Virus record (IMG/VR): IMGVR_UViG_3300006151_000024
Span: 1-45,821 of that record
DNA from: a virus
Direction: 5' to 3' (one strand)
Length of the DNA: 45,821 bases
The notes under the pieces were generated by a model. It made no database searches, had not been told where the DNA came from, and worked only from the letters and a program-made list of their open reading frames with translations. Shown one piece after another: positions 8,041 to 16,091 of the stretch. Position 1 is the first letter of the stretch; each line of letters opens with the position of its first letter. The translations under genes were made by a program, and so were the position numbers.

Positions 8041-8791
8041 CCGATCCCGCCTTTTTCCGCCGGGTCCGCTTTACGGGTTCCGGCTGCCGCACATACTTAT
8101 AATATAGGTATCCGTATTTGGTGGCCTTGCTCTCCACGAATATGTAACCCTTTGGCGGGCGCGGCGGCTTATTCTCTGTATAGTTCCGTTTCACCAGGGT
8201 GGAGGGTTCCCGCTCCGGCTTGTCCAGCTTTCCGGCCTTTTTCCAGCGGTGCCCGCCCTGTTCCGGTGTCCAGTGGTCAAAAAGATAATTCGCCAGGCCG
8301 GTGTAGTCCTGGCCGTGGTCTATACCATTATAATAATTGTGGGCTTTCAGATTTTCGATCCGCACGATCTCACCCATGCCCCACAGCTTTGTGATCATGT
8401 CCTCCGGTATGCCCTCGGAAACCATGTGGAAATGGATCCGGTGGGTTCCCTTGCCGCGTCCCATATAGATCAGGATCTTGGCGTTTGGGAAATGGTACAT
8501 TAGGCGGCGGGTGAAGTTGTCCCGTATGCGGCGGGCCTCCTGGAATGTGTGGACCTCATATTCATTATTAAATGTTAGAGTGCTATATAGGGAGGTAGGA
8601 CCAAAATTAGCGTTGAACAGGCGGGCGTGGTTCCGGCGGGAAATTCCGATCCGGTGCTGTGCCCGCTCCTCCTCGGTCTTAAACCTTGGCCGTGGCTCCG
8701 CCTTTCTTATGTCCCGCACACGGTCCGGGACGTTGAAAACGATTTGCTCACACACGGCCCCCGAAAAAAGCCGCGTTTTCACTCTCTGCAT
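8036..8791 (-). CDS. Putative HUH-type rolling-circle replication initiator (Rep)
   Basis: 251 aa. Motif I-like LYSTLTF, HUH motif THRIHFHMV, and Tyr-rich segments (YTGLANYLFDH; KYGYLYYKY). It is the only replication-type gene I can see. Confidence 0.6.
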   Translation of the reverse strand: MQRVKTRLFSGAVCEQIVFNVPDRVRDIRKAEPRPRFKTEEERAQHRIGISRRNHARLFNANFGPTSLYSTLTFNNEYEVHTFQEARRIRDNFTRRLMYHFPNAKILIYMGRGKGTHRIHFHMVSEGIPEDMITKLWGMGEIVRIENLKAHNYYNGIDHGQDYTGLANYLFDHWTPEQGGHRWKKAGKLDKPEREPSTLVKRNYTENKPPRPPKGYIFVESKATKYGYLYYKYVRQPEPVKRTRRKKAGSG

Positions 8792-8836
8792 ATCCGCCCC
8801 GCCTTTTCCGTCGTGGTAGGCTCTGCCCCGGCGGCA

Positions 8837-9217
8837 TTATTCGCCGCCGGGGTCCTCTTTCCATTCTTTTACAATGCAATCACGGCACATATAGGGGGCC
8901 TGGCAGTATTCGCAAAGGTCCAGCCCATCCTCCGCCGCTCCCCGGACCATGGCCGCCAGGTCCGGCACGTTGATCTTGCGGTTTGGGTGGATCAGTTCCA
9001 GCACCCTGGGCAGGTAGTGGCCCGCCTGCCAGTCCCCGAAAACCTCCACCGGTCCGTCCGGCTCCATGGTGTCCGGGTTCAGCGGCACAATGGCCACACA
9101 GCTGCCCGCCGGGTCAACCTCAAATTTTGCCGGGGTTTCACTTACCACGTTTCCGTCCCGGTCCGTCTGCCGGCGGCCCAGGGTGCAGTTTCCCACCCCT
9201 ATGCTGATTATTCCCAC
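8837..9217 (-). CDS. Hypothetical protein with a Cys-rich C-terminus (126 aa)
   Basis: ORF in operon context. The C-terminus is LCEYCQAPYMCRDC. Confidence 0.55.
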   Translation of the reverse strand: MGIISIGVGNCTLGRRQTDRDGNVVSETPAKFEVDPAGSCVAIVPLNPDTMEPDGPVEVFGDWQAGHYLPRVLELIHPNRKINVPDLAAMVRGAAEDGLDLCEYCQAPYMCRDCIVKEWKEDPGGE

Positions 9218-9220
9218 GCT

Positions 9221-9478
9221 TTACTCCGCCTCCAATTCATCCAATTTTCCAGACAGGACCAGGGCCACCGCCTCGCACAAAATCCCCATTTTCACCCGCT
9301 CCAGGTTGTCCCAGCTTAGATCCTTTCCTCCACATTGCCCCGCTGTCTTTTGTGTGGCCATTTGGATCCATTGGTTTACCAGTTCTTTCAGGTTTTCAAT
9401 GTCTGCGTTTTGCCCTCCGGCTTGGAGCGCCGCCCACATGGAGAAGTCCTCCAGCGGTGCCGGGTTTTGGTGGCTCAT
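9221..9478 (-). CDS. Hypothetical protein (85 aa)
   Basis: The internal Met MSHQNPAPLEDF at 9478 overlaps the methyltransferase stop (ATGA). The longer track ORF (to 9730) lies inside the methyltransferase gene. Confidence 0.5.
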   Translation of the reverse strand: MSHQNPAPLEDFSMWAALQAGGQNADIENLKELVNQWIQMATQKTAGQCGGKDLSWDNLERVKMGILCEAVALVLSGKLDELEAE

Positions 9479-11397
9479 ACTGCCACCGCCTTTTCCAGCT
9501 GCTCCATGGTGGTGATCTCCTCCCCGCACCACTCCGGCAGGTTGGCCCGCACCAGGGCCGTGGCAAAGGGAGGCGGGACCGCGTTTCCGCACCTGGCCAC
9601 CTGCTTGGTTTTTCCGTACTCCCTCCCGGTGTAGTCCCGATCTATTTTGTAGTCGTCCGGGAAACCGTTTGCCCGGTACAGTTCGCGGGGCGTCAGCATA
9701 CGCAGGCCAATGTCCGCCATGAAATACCACGCCCCGCCGATGTAGAACAGAATCACCTCTGTGTCCTCCAGGTGGTAGCCGCAGAACTCATTCAGGGCTG
9801 CCCGGATTTTTGGCCAGTTCTGCAGGTTCACCCTCGGCTCCGCCTTTACGATCCGGGTTGTTACCACGCCATGGTGGCCGCCGCCTGCGGTGATAGTCTG
9901 GAGCGGGTCCTGGGCTTGTCCTCCCAGGTTGGTGCCTTTCATCTTGACCATGTGGGCGGTCTGGAGGGCGTTGTGGTCCACCGCTGTCACGGTTGGGAGT
10001 GGGTCAGACACCGCCGCGCCCACCACTCCGCCGTAGAACTTTGACAGGTTGGCCACGGTCACACCCTCCCGATCCCGCGTGGTTATCGTATGCAACGGGG
10101 CCGCCGCGTCCTGGTTGTGATCCCCGTTGTAATACTTTGTCAGAGTGGCCGCCGCCAGTCCGTAACGGTTGGAGGCGTCAATGGTCATTATGGGATCTGT
10201 CACTCCCTGGCCCCGGACCCGCTCGGTTTGCTCGGTGTGATACTGGATCATGGCCGGGCACACCACGCACTCCTCCGCCTTGGAAACCTGGGTGTGGGTT
10301 GGCTCCTCCATACTCCGGCAGCGGTCCCCGCCGCCCGTCTGGCCTATGGCCGCCAGGGTTGGGGTGATCAGCATTTGGTGGCCGCCCGCTCCGGTCCCCG
10401 TTATCGTGTTTACCGGCTCGGTGATAGCTGTGCCCACTGCGTTCTGGTTGTTGTGCATTGTCAGCGGCGCCATAACAGGGGAGGCCACGCCATACCCATG
10501 TTTTGCTGTGATGGTCTGGAGCGGTTCCGCCAGCCCTTGCCCCCGGAACTCCCCGGCGTGGTTGACGATTACCAGGAACGGGGAGGCGGACCGGATCACG
10601 AATTTGTCCACGCCTCTGGCCACCCGCCGCATGGTATTTCTGGCCAGCGGACGGACCGCCGCCACACCGTACCGCTCCCGGATCTCCTCCTTGGTTGCAA
10701 AAATGGAGGGGGTGGGCAGGTTCCAGTCTATGATCTCCGCCGCGCTGCGCCATGGCTTTTTAGTTCCCGCTCTGGCCTCCGGGCTGTCCGCCGGCGCGTG
10801 GGTAGGCTCCGGCCATACAATGGGCCGCCCGTCGCTGCGGGCGATCAGGAAAAAGCGTTTCCGCGTGGTTGGCGCTCCATAGTCCGCCGCCACCAGTTCC
10901 CGCCATTCCACGGTGTAGCCCAGGGCCTCCAGCTGGCCCAGCCATTGGCGGAACGTCTGCCCGGTCTTTGATTTCACGGGCCGCCCCCGCCGAACAGGTC
11001 CCCAGGTCTGGAACTCCTCCACGTTCTCCAGGATGATCACGCGGGGGCGTACCGTCCCGGCCCAGCGCAGGACGATCCAGGCAAGGCCCCTTATATTCTT
11101 GTCCACGGGCTTGCCGCCCTTGGCTTTGCTGAAATGCTTACAGTCCGGGGAAAACCACGCCAGTCCCACCGGGCGGCCCCTGCACACCTCCACCGGGTCC
11201 ACGTCCCACACGCTGGCCTGATAGTGCATAGTGTGGGGGTGGTTGGTCCGGTGCATTAGGATGGCGTCCGGGTCGTGGTTTATGGCTATGTCCACCACGC
11301 GGCCCGTGGCCAATTCGATCCCCGTGGAGGCCCCGCCGCCGCCGGCGAAATTGTCCACTATGATTTCATCCAGTAAATTGATCTGTCCATGGCTCAC
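9475..11397 (-). CDS. DNA (cytosine-5)-methyltransferase with an expanded variable region
   Basis: Motif I DNFAGGGG, motif IV FSPDCKHFS, motif VI ILENV, RMLTPRE and motif X GNAVPPP. GTG 11397 overlaps the upstream stop and lies 9 nt after AAAGGAGG. The central 300 aa or so holds six (D/E/A)P(L/V/I)xT(I/V)(T/D) modules. Confidence 0.9.
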   Translation of the reverse strand: MSHGQINLLDEIIVDNFAGGGGASTGIELATGRVVDIAINHDPDAILMHRTNHPHTMHYQASVWDVDPVEVCRGRPVGLAWFSPDCKHFSKAKGGKPVDKNIRGLAWIVLRWAGTVRPRVIILENVEEFQTWGPVRRGRPVKSKTGQTFRQWLGQLEALGYTVEWRELVAADYGAPTTRKRFFLIARSDGRPIVWPEPTHAPADSPEARAGTKKPWRSAAEIIDWNLPTPSIFATKEEIRERYGVAAVRPLARNTMRRVARGVDKFVIRSASPFLVIVNHAGEFRGQGLAEPLQTITAKHGYGVASPVMAPLTMHNNQNAVGTAITEPVNTITGTGAGGHQMLITPTLAAIGQTGGGDRCRSMEEPTHTQVSKAEECVVCPAMIQYHTEQTERVRGQGVTDPIMTIDASNRYGLAAATLTKYYNGDHNQDAAAPLHTITTRDREGVTVANLSKFYGGVVGAAVSDPLPTVTAVDHNALQTAHMVKMKGTNLGGQAQDPLQTITAGGGHHGVVTTRIVKAEPRVNLQNWPKIRAALNEFCGYHLEDTEVILFYIGGAWYFMADIGLRMLTPRELYRANGFPDDYKIDRDYTGREYGKTKQVARCGNAVPPPFATALVRANLPEWCGEEITTMEQLEKAVAV

Positions 11398-11696
11398 CGC
11401 GTCCCGCCTCCTTTGATCTCCATATACAGGGCGCAGTCTTTCCCGGTCCGCTTGCACCACGCCCATTCAATCATGGCGCCCGCGCTTTCCTGATAGTCCG
11501 GCAGGAACACGGCCAGGTCCGCCGCCTCCAGCATGGCCAGCGTGATCCGCATATAGTCCCGTTCTCCCAGGCCCGCCGGTAAAATGGCCGGGTTCAGGAC
11601 TACATGGCCCAGCGCCTCCATGGCTTTGGCCGCCTCCCGAAACTTGGCCCTGTATTTTTTGTCGCCGGTGATCTTTCCGGCTATGTAGATTTTCAC
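11394..11696 (-). CDS. DUF4406 / nucleoside 2-deoxyribosyltransferase-like protein
   Basis: KIYIAGKITGD....FREAAKAMEALGHVVLNP........DYMRITLAMLEAADLAVFLPDYQESAGAMIEWAWCKRTGK fits the DUF4406 pattern. I prefer the GTG at 11696, 8 nt after AAGGAG. Confidence 0.6.
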   Translation of the reverse strand: MKIYIAGKITGDKKYRAKFREAAKAMEALGHVVLNPAILPAGLGERDYMRITLAMLEAADLAVFLPDYQESAGAMIEWAWCKRTGKDCALYMEIKGGGTR

Positions 11697-11718
11697 AGGC
11701 TGCACTCCTTTTTCCGGC

Positions 11719-11746
11719 TTGCAAACCGCCCGGCGTGTGGTATAAT
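11719..11746 (+). promoter_or_regulatory. Sigma-70/SigA-type promoter pointing against the surrounding operon
   Basis: TTGCAA (11719-11724), 16-nt spacer, extended -10 TGgTATAAT (11738-11746), all on the plus strand. Confidence 0.55.
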
Positions 11747-11752
11747 GTATGC

Positions 11753-11829
11753 AGTCGGACGGTTTGCGCCGTTCACCTCACCACCTGCGCCGTGTTGTCA
11801 GCACCGGGCGCGGGTGGTTTTCTTTTTCT
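11753..11829 (+). ncRNA. Candidate ~75-nt small antisense RNA (promoter to intrinsic terminator)
   Basis: The predicted start is about 7 nt after the -10 box. Stem ccacctgcgcc (11781-11791) pairs with ggcgcgggtgg (11807-11817), one G-U pair, and is followed by TTTTCTTTTTCT (11818-11829). There is no ORF downstream of the predicted start. Confidence 0.45.
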
Positions 11830-12058
11830 CCAGGTATTCGTCCGCCATGCTCATGGCGTCTTCCATGTGTTCCTGGTCCACGATCTTCCATTTCCCCGGC
11901 TTTCCCGCCGCTGGCTCCACCGCATTGGCCAGCGACGTGGCGATCATGGACGGCGCACGTCTTACGCGCTCCAGGGCCTCCTCATACTTTCCCTTTTCCG
12001 CCCTGTACTCCATGAACTCCTGAAATTCCGCCGCGTCCATTTTCACGCTAATTTCCAT
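11798..12058 (-). CDS. Hypothetical protein (86 aa)
   Basis: ORF in operon context. The Met at 12058 (MEISVKMDAAEF) follows AAAGGCGGAG. Confidence 0.5.
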   Translation of the reverse strand: MEISVKMDAAEFQEFMEYRAEKGKYEEALERVRRAPSMIATSLANAVEPAAGKPGKWKIVDQEHMEDAMSMADEYLEKKKTTRARC

Positions 12059-12311
12059 TTGCTCCGCCTTTCTCTCTGGCCTCATAGCTGATATGGGCCG
12101 CCGCCACCAGCTTGGCGATCTCCGCGCCGATCAGCCCGTCCGGGTCCTCCACCGCGTTCATGGCCTCCGCCGAAACGGCGGCCCGCTCTATGCTGGTCAG
12201 CCTTGCCCAGTCCTCGGTGATACACAGGTGAAAATCACCGTTTGCCCATCGGTCAATCGAAATAATGATCCGGCCCCCGCCCTTTAGGGCGGTTCTCAAT
12301 TTATCGCTCAT
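12048..12311 (-). CDS. Hypothetical protein (87 aa)
   Basis: ORF in operon context. No motif recognised. Confidence 0.5.
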   Translation of the reverse strand: MSDKLRTALKGGGRIIISIDRWANGDFHLCITEDWARLTSIERAAVSAEAMNAVEDPDGLIGAEIAKLVAAAHISYEAREKGGANGN

Positions 12312-12319
12312 TTCATTAG

Positions 12320-13027
12320 TTATCCTTTCCGGCGGGCCATGGTGGCCAGCCGTCTAAGTATAGTTTTCAGGGCTACCCCCCACCCCCCCCCCGCAAAAAT
12401 GGACATTTGCGCGGTGTGGGCGTTGTATCGTTCCTCTTGCCCTGCAAAATAGTCCGGGTCGATCTCAAACCCCACAAAGTCCAGACCAGCGTCATGGGCC
12501 GCGATCCGGCTGCTGCCGCTCCCCAGGTGTGTGTCCAATATCCTGTCGCCTGGTTTTGCATATCTTGAAAAAATCCAGGAATATAGCGCCACTGGTTTTT
12601 GTGTTGGGTGTATTGTTCCGCCCTCTTTTTGCAGTTGCCCGCGATTTATGATCACCACTCTGGTTGGGGTGTCGAATGATGAATAGGCCAATTCGCAGTC
12701 GCTCATGGTTAAATCCTGCTGGCCTTTATACCAGACGATCCAGCCCTTGTGCCTTTGATTTATTGCTGGCACAAAATAATTTGCACCCCATATAATTTGG
12801 TGTTTTGAAACCCTTTCCAATTCCCTGAAATATTCGTCTGGCGGCGGGGCCGCGTCCCATCCCTTTGTCGGATGGTATTTTCTATTGTGCTTTGGGTTTT
12901 TGTTTATTGACAGCTTTTGACCGTCAATCCCTATTCCGTATGGCGGATCTACCACGGCCAGGTCGAAATAGTGATCCGGTATTTTCTGCATAGCTGCCAT
13001 GCAATCCATATTGTAGGCTACATTCAA
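12320..13027 (-). CDS. DNA methyltransferase, beta-class N6-adenine/N4-cytosine (DPPY)
   Basis: Motif IV FDLAVVDPPYG near the N-terminus and motif I ILDTHLGSGSSRIAA near the C-terminus (beta-class order). The TTG start at 13027 lies 7 nt after GGAGGAGGTG. Confidence 0.85.
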   Translation of the reverse strand: MNVAYNMDCMAAMQKIPDHYFDLAVVDPPYGIGIDGQKLSINKNPKHNRKYHPTKGWDAAPPPDEYFRELERVSKHQIIWGANYFVPAINQRHKGWIVWYKGQQDLTMSDCELAYSSFDTPTRVVIINRGQLQKEGGTIHPTQKPVALYSWIFSRYAKPGDRILDTHLGSGSSRIAAHDAGLDFVGFEIDPDYFAGQEERYNAHTAQMSIFAGGGWGVALKTILRRLATMARRKG

Positions 13028-13971
13028 ACCTGCGGCACCTCCTCCATTTTGATTTGGTCAAGCTGTGCCGTTGTGGCCGCGATCCGGTCCGTTGCCATTT
13101 TCCAATAGTCCGGGTTGATCTCCACACCCACAAAATTGCGCCGCAGGCGCTTGGCCACCACTCCGGTGGTCCCGCTCCCTGCGAATGGGTCCAGGACCGT
13201 CCCACCCTCCGGGCACCCTGCCAATATGCACGGTTCCACCAGGCGCTCCGGGAATGTGGCATAGTGGGCGGCCTTAAATTGCCCCGTTGCTATGCTCCAG
13301 ACGCTCCTTTTGTTTCTGCCCCCGGTGTTGTTCGCGCTGTTCCCGTGGCTCTCCCGCTCCACGCGGGCGCTGTTCTGGAACGACCGCCCGCCTGTATAGG
13401 CTCCACCGCCCCGGAACGTCCTGGCGTTCCCCTTGACCCCGCATGGCTCCCGGATTGCCGCCGCGTCAAAATAGTAATGTGGCGATTTTGACAGCAGGAA
13501 AATATATTCATGGGCTTTTGTGCAACGGTCCCGGACGTTCTCCGGCATGGCGTTGGTTTTGTGCCATATAAGATCCTGCCGCAAATACCACCCATCAGCC
13601 CGCAGGGCAAAGGCCAAAAGCCACGGGATCCCCATCAGGTCCTTGTACTTATACCCGCTCGGTCTGTGCTTTGCCGTGTGGCCGCAGGTGTTCCGCGTGT
13701 TGGTCGGTGGCTGCGGCCCGGACCTGGTGGCGTAGCTGTCCCCGATATTGACCCACAGCGTCCCGTCCGGGCGCAGGACCCGCCGGACCTCCCGGAACAC
13801 GTCCACCAGCTTGCCTATGTACTCCTCCGGGGTTTCCTCCATGCCGATCTGGCCGGCGGCCCCGTAGTCCCGCAGATTGTAATAGTGTGGGGAGGTCACA
13901 CAGGTGTGGACGCTTTCCGCCTCCAGTGTCCGCAGTTGCTCCAGGGCGTCACCGCAAAGGATCATTTCCAC
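13024..13971 (-). CDS. DNA methyltransferase, beta-class N4/N6 (SPHY variant of motif IV)
   Basis: VHTCVTSPHYYNLRDYG, then ..GMEETPEEYIGKLVDVFREVRRVLRPDGTLWVNIGDSY, and C-terminal VLDPFAGSGTTGVVA. This is typical of the PF01555-type layout. Confidence 0.85.
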   Translation of the reverse strand: MEMILCGDALEQLRTLEAESVHTCVTSPHYYNLRDYGAAGQIGMEETPEEYIGKLVDVFREVRRVLRPDGTLWVNIGDSYATRSGPQPPTNTRNTCGHTAKHRPSGYKYKDLMGIPWLLAFALRADGWYLRQDLIWHKTNAMPENVRDRCTKAHEYIFLLSKSPHYYFDAAAIREPCGVKGNARTFRGGGAYTGGRSFQNSARVERESHGNSANNTGGRNKRSVWSIATGQFKAAHYATFPERLVEPCILAGCPEGGTVLDPFAGSGTTGVVAKRLRRNFVGVEINPDYWKMATDRIAATTAQLDQIKMEEVPQV

Positions 13972-14314
13972 CGTCCGCCACCTCCTGGGCCAGAAACCAC
14001 GCCGGGCTGTTCCGCTCCGCCTGGTGGGGGCAGTTCTCCGCGTCGCAGTTCTCCGCCGAACAGGCGGCGCAATAGGTCCGCTGGAAAACCTTGTCCCACG
14101 GGGTATCTAATGCGGGGATGGAGGCCAGGAACTCCGCCAGGGCCTCCGGGGAGGCGGTGATCTGGTCAAAATATGTGGGGTGCAGTTCCCGATCCTCCAT
14201 GGCGTCCTCAATTTCCTGCAGTTTTTTCAGGGCCTGCGCTATGGGCCAGCTTTGCAGGTGGGAGGCCACAAAGTCACGATCAAAGTTAAAACCCCGCTGC
14301 GTCAATCTTTCCAC
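13949..14314 (-). CDS. Hypothetical protein (121 aa)
   Basis: ORF in operon context. Contains a Cys cluster, YCAACSAENCDAENC. Confidence 0.5.
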   Translation of the reverse strand: MERLTQRGFNFDRDFVASHLQSWPIAQALKKLQEIEDAMEDRELHPTYFDQITASPEALAEFLASIPALDTPWDKVFQRTYCAACSAENCDAENCPHQAERNSPAWFLAQEVADGGNDPLR

Positions 14315-14317
14315 GGT

Positions 14318-14896
14318 TTATTCCTCCTCTTTGTGGAGGTCCACACCCTCCAGGGCCTCCCACACGGCCCGCTCCCAGGCTTTTGCCCACCCGGACTTGG
14401 CTTTCCGCACGGCCTCCACCGCTATGGCCTCCCCGCCGTCGTCCCACAGCAGGCGGCAGTTATCCACCACAATGGCGCCGTCATGCTCCGCCGCGTCCCG
14501 CTCCACCATTCCCAGGTAGGACAGCCGGATCCCCCAGCAGGCCCCGGCCTCCGCCTGGAAAATCTGAAACCCCTGCATGATCACCGGCACCAGGTCCACG
14601 TCGTCGCCGCGCTCACCCACGCGCCAGTTGTTCATTTCCTCGGCGGCGGTTTCCGGGATCACCAGCTGCGGCTCCATGTCTTTCATAATGTTGGTGGGTT
14701 CCTTTTCGCCCGGTATCATTCCGGCGTGTTCCACGATGGCGGCCAGGACCTTGCGCGGCATGACCTCCCGGCGGGCCTGTATGTACCAGTTTTGTGTATA
14801 GATGGACATGATCCCGTCCTGGACGTTCACAGTGTACCCGCCGCCCTTATAGGCCCGCTTGATGGCCCGGACCACCCCGGCCTCATTGATCAACAT
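14318..14896 (-). CDS. Hypothetical protein (192 aa)
   Basis: ORF in operon context. No motif recognised. Confidence 0.55.
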   Translation of the reverse strand: MLINEAGVVRAIKRAYKGGGYTVNVQDGIMSIYTQNWYIQARREVMPRKVLAAIVEHAGMIPGEKEPTNIMKDMEPQLVIPETAAEEMNNWRVGERGDDVDLVPVIMQGFQIFQAEAGACWGIRLSYLGMVERDAAEHDGAIVVDNCRLLWDDGGEAIAVEAVRKAKSGWAKAWERAVWEALEGVDLHKEEE

Positions 14897-14911
14897 TTTT
14901 TCATCCCCTTT

Positions 14912-15178
14912 TTATATGATGTATGGCATTTTCACCGGCACGTCCCCCGGCTCCGCCGCCCACACCTGGGCGTCCGTGATCTCTGTCCAGTCACACCGCC
15001 ACACCTCCGCCGCGTTTTGTATGGCGGTCAGGTTGGAGGAATGGGGGACCACCACGGTGCCGTGGACGGGGTGGACCACTCTGGCCCGCCCTGGTGCGTT
15101 CCAGCGGCTTTCCCTGGCCCTCCGCTTTGCTGCTGCCACCGTGCGGGCGCGTTCCGCCGGGTCTATTCCCCGGCCCAT
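14912..15178 (-). CDS. Hypothetical protein (start uncertain)
   Basis: ORF in operon context. It overlaps the upstream gene end, and the RBS is weak. Confidence 0.4.
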   Translation of the reverse strand: MGRGIDPAERARTVAAAKRRARESRWNAPGRARVVHPVHGTVVVPHSSNLTAIQNAAEVWRCDWTEITDAQVWAAEPGDVPVKMPYII

Positions 15179-15912
15179 GCGTTCACCGCACACTCCCACC
15201 GTTCCATGGCCTCCAGAACGGCGTCCGTGTATTCGTTGGAGGTGATCCCGGCCTCCCAGGCTGCCCGCGCTCCAGCTTGTCCTCTGTTGTAGGCCATGGC
15301 CACCATGGCCACGTCCCCATATTCCGCCAGGTATTTCCCCAGCTTATAGCACCCGCCGGCTATGTTTCCCTCCGGGGTGGTGGGGTCCAGGCCGGTGGCC
15401 ACCTCCAGTTCCGCGTGGTAGGACCCGCCCGGACCAGGGTTTAATTGCATGATCCCCACCTCTCCGGCAGGTCCCGCGGCCTCCATGTTGAACTGGCCAC
15501 GGGTTTCCCAGTCCGCCACGGCCAGGGCCAGGGGATAGGGGCACCCGTACAGGTGGCAGTAGGTCCTCATATAGTCCTGGTATTCCCAGGGCAGGGGCAC
15601 CGCCGCCGAAAAATAGCCCTGGGCCTCCAGCGCCTCCCCAATCCGCTGTTTCTCCTCCGGGTCCTCCGCTGCCCGGTACAGGGCCGCAAATTCCCAGGCG
15701 TCGCCCACCAGCAGGGTGGCCTCCGGTTCCTGCGCCACGGTAAAGATCACGGCGGGCCGCTCCGCTTTCGCTGCCTCCTGGGCCGCCTTGCTGGTGTCCA
15801 TGGCCACAGCGGCCACGATCAGCGCCACAACGGCCAGCGCCAGCGCGATCACCGGGACCGCCCGCTGGATCTCCTCCAGATGGTTCACAATTTCAGCGTG
15901 TTTCCCTTTCAT
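15163..15912 (-). CDS. Membrane-anchored lytic transglycosylase (SLT domain)
   Basis: N-terminal transmembrane segment AVPVIALALAVVALIVAAVAM. The segment ..ALAVADWETRGQFNMEA.....GEVGIMQLNP....LGKYLAEYGDVAMVAMAYNRG fits the SLT catalytic E...GxMQ...AYN pattern. Confidence 0.75.
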   Translation of the reverse strand: MKGKHAEIVNHLEEIQRAVPVIALALAVVALIVAAVAMDTSKAAQEAAKAERPAVIFTVAQEPEATLLVGDAWEFAALYRAAEDPEEKQRIGEALEAQGYFSAAVPLPWEYQDYMRTYCHLYGCPYPLALAVADWETRGQFNMEAAGPAGEVGIMQLNPGPGGSYHAELEVATGLDPTTPEGNIAGGCYKLGKYLAEYGDVAMVAMAYNRGQAGARAAWEAGITSNEYTDAVLEAMERWECAVNAWAGE

Positions 15913-16091
15913 TTGGTCTTGTCCTCCTTTTTCCTGCGGGTGGTCCAGCCGGTCACGTCATACAGGAACCCAAACCGGCGGCGGCCACACTCCGCACAGG
16001 TGATTTTCTCGCACCGCATGGCGGCAGGTTTCACGGTCTTGCCCCGGTCCGCCAGGGCCACGGCGCAGGGCTTACACAGCAGTTTTTTCAC
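15909..16091 (-). CDS. Small zinc-ribbon-like protein (60 aa)
   Basis: GTG 16091 overlaps the HD gene stop (GTGA), with AAGGAG 9 nt upstream. Contains CKPC...CAEC. Confidence 0.45.
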   Translation of the reverse strand: MKKLLCKPCAVALADRGKTVKPAAMRCEKITCAECGRRRFGFLYDVTGWTTRRKKEDKTK

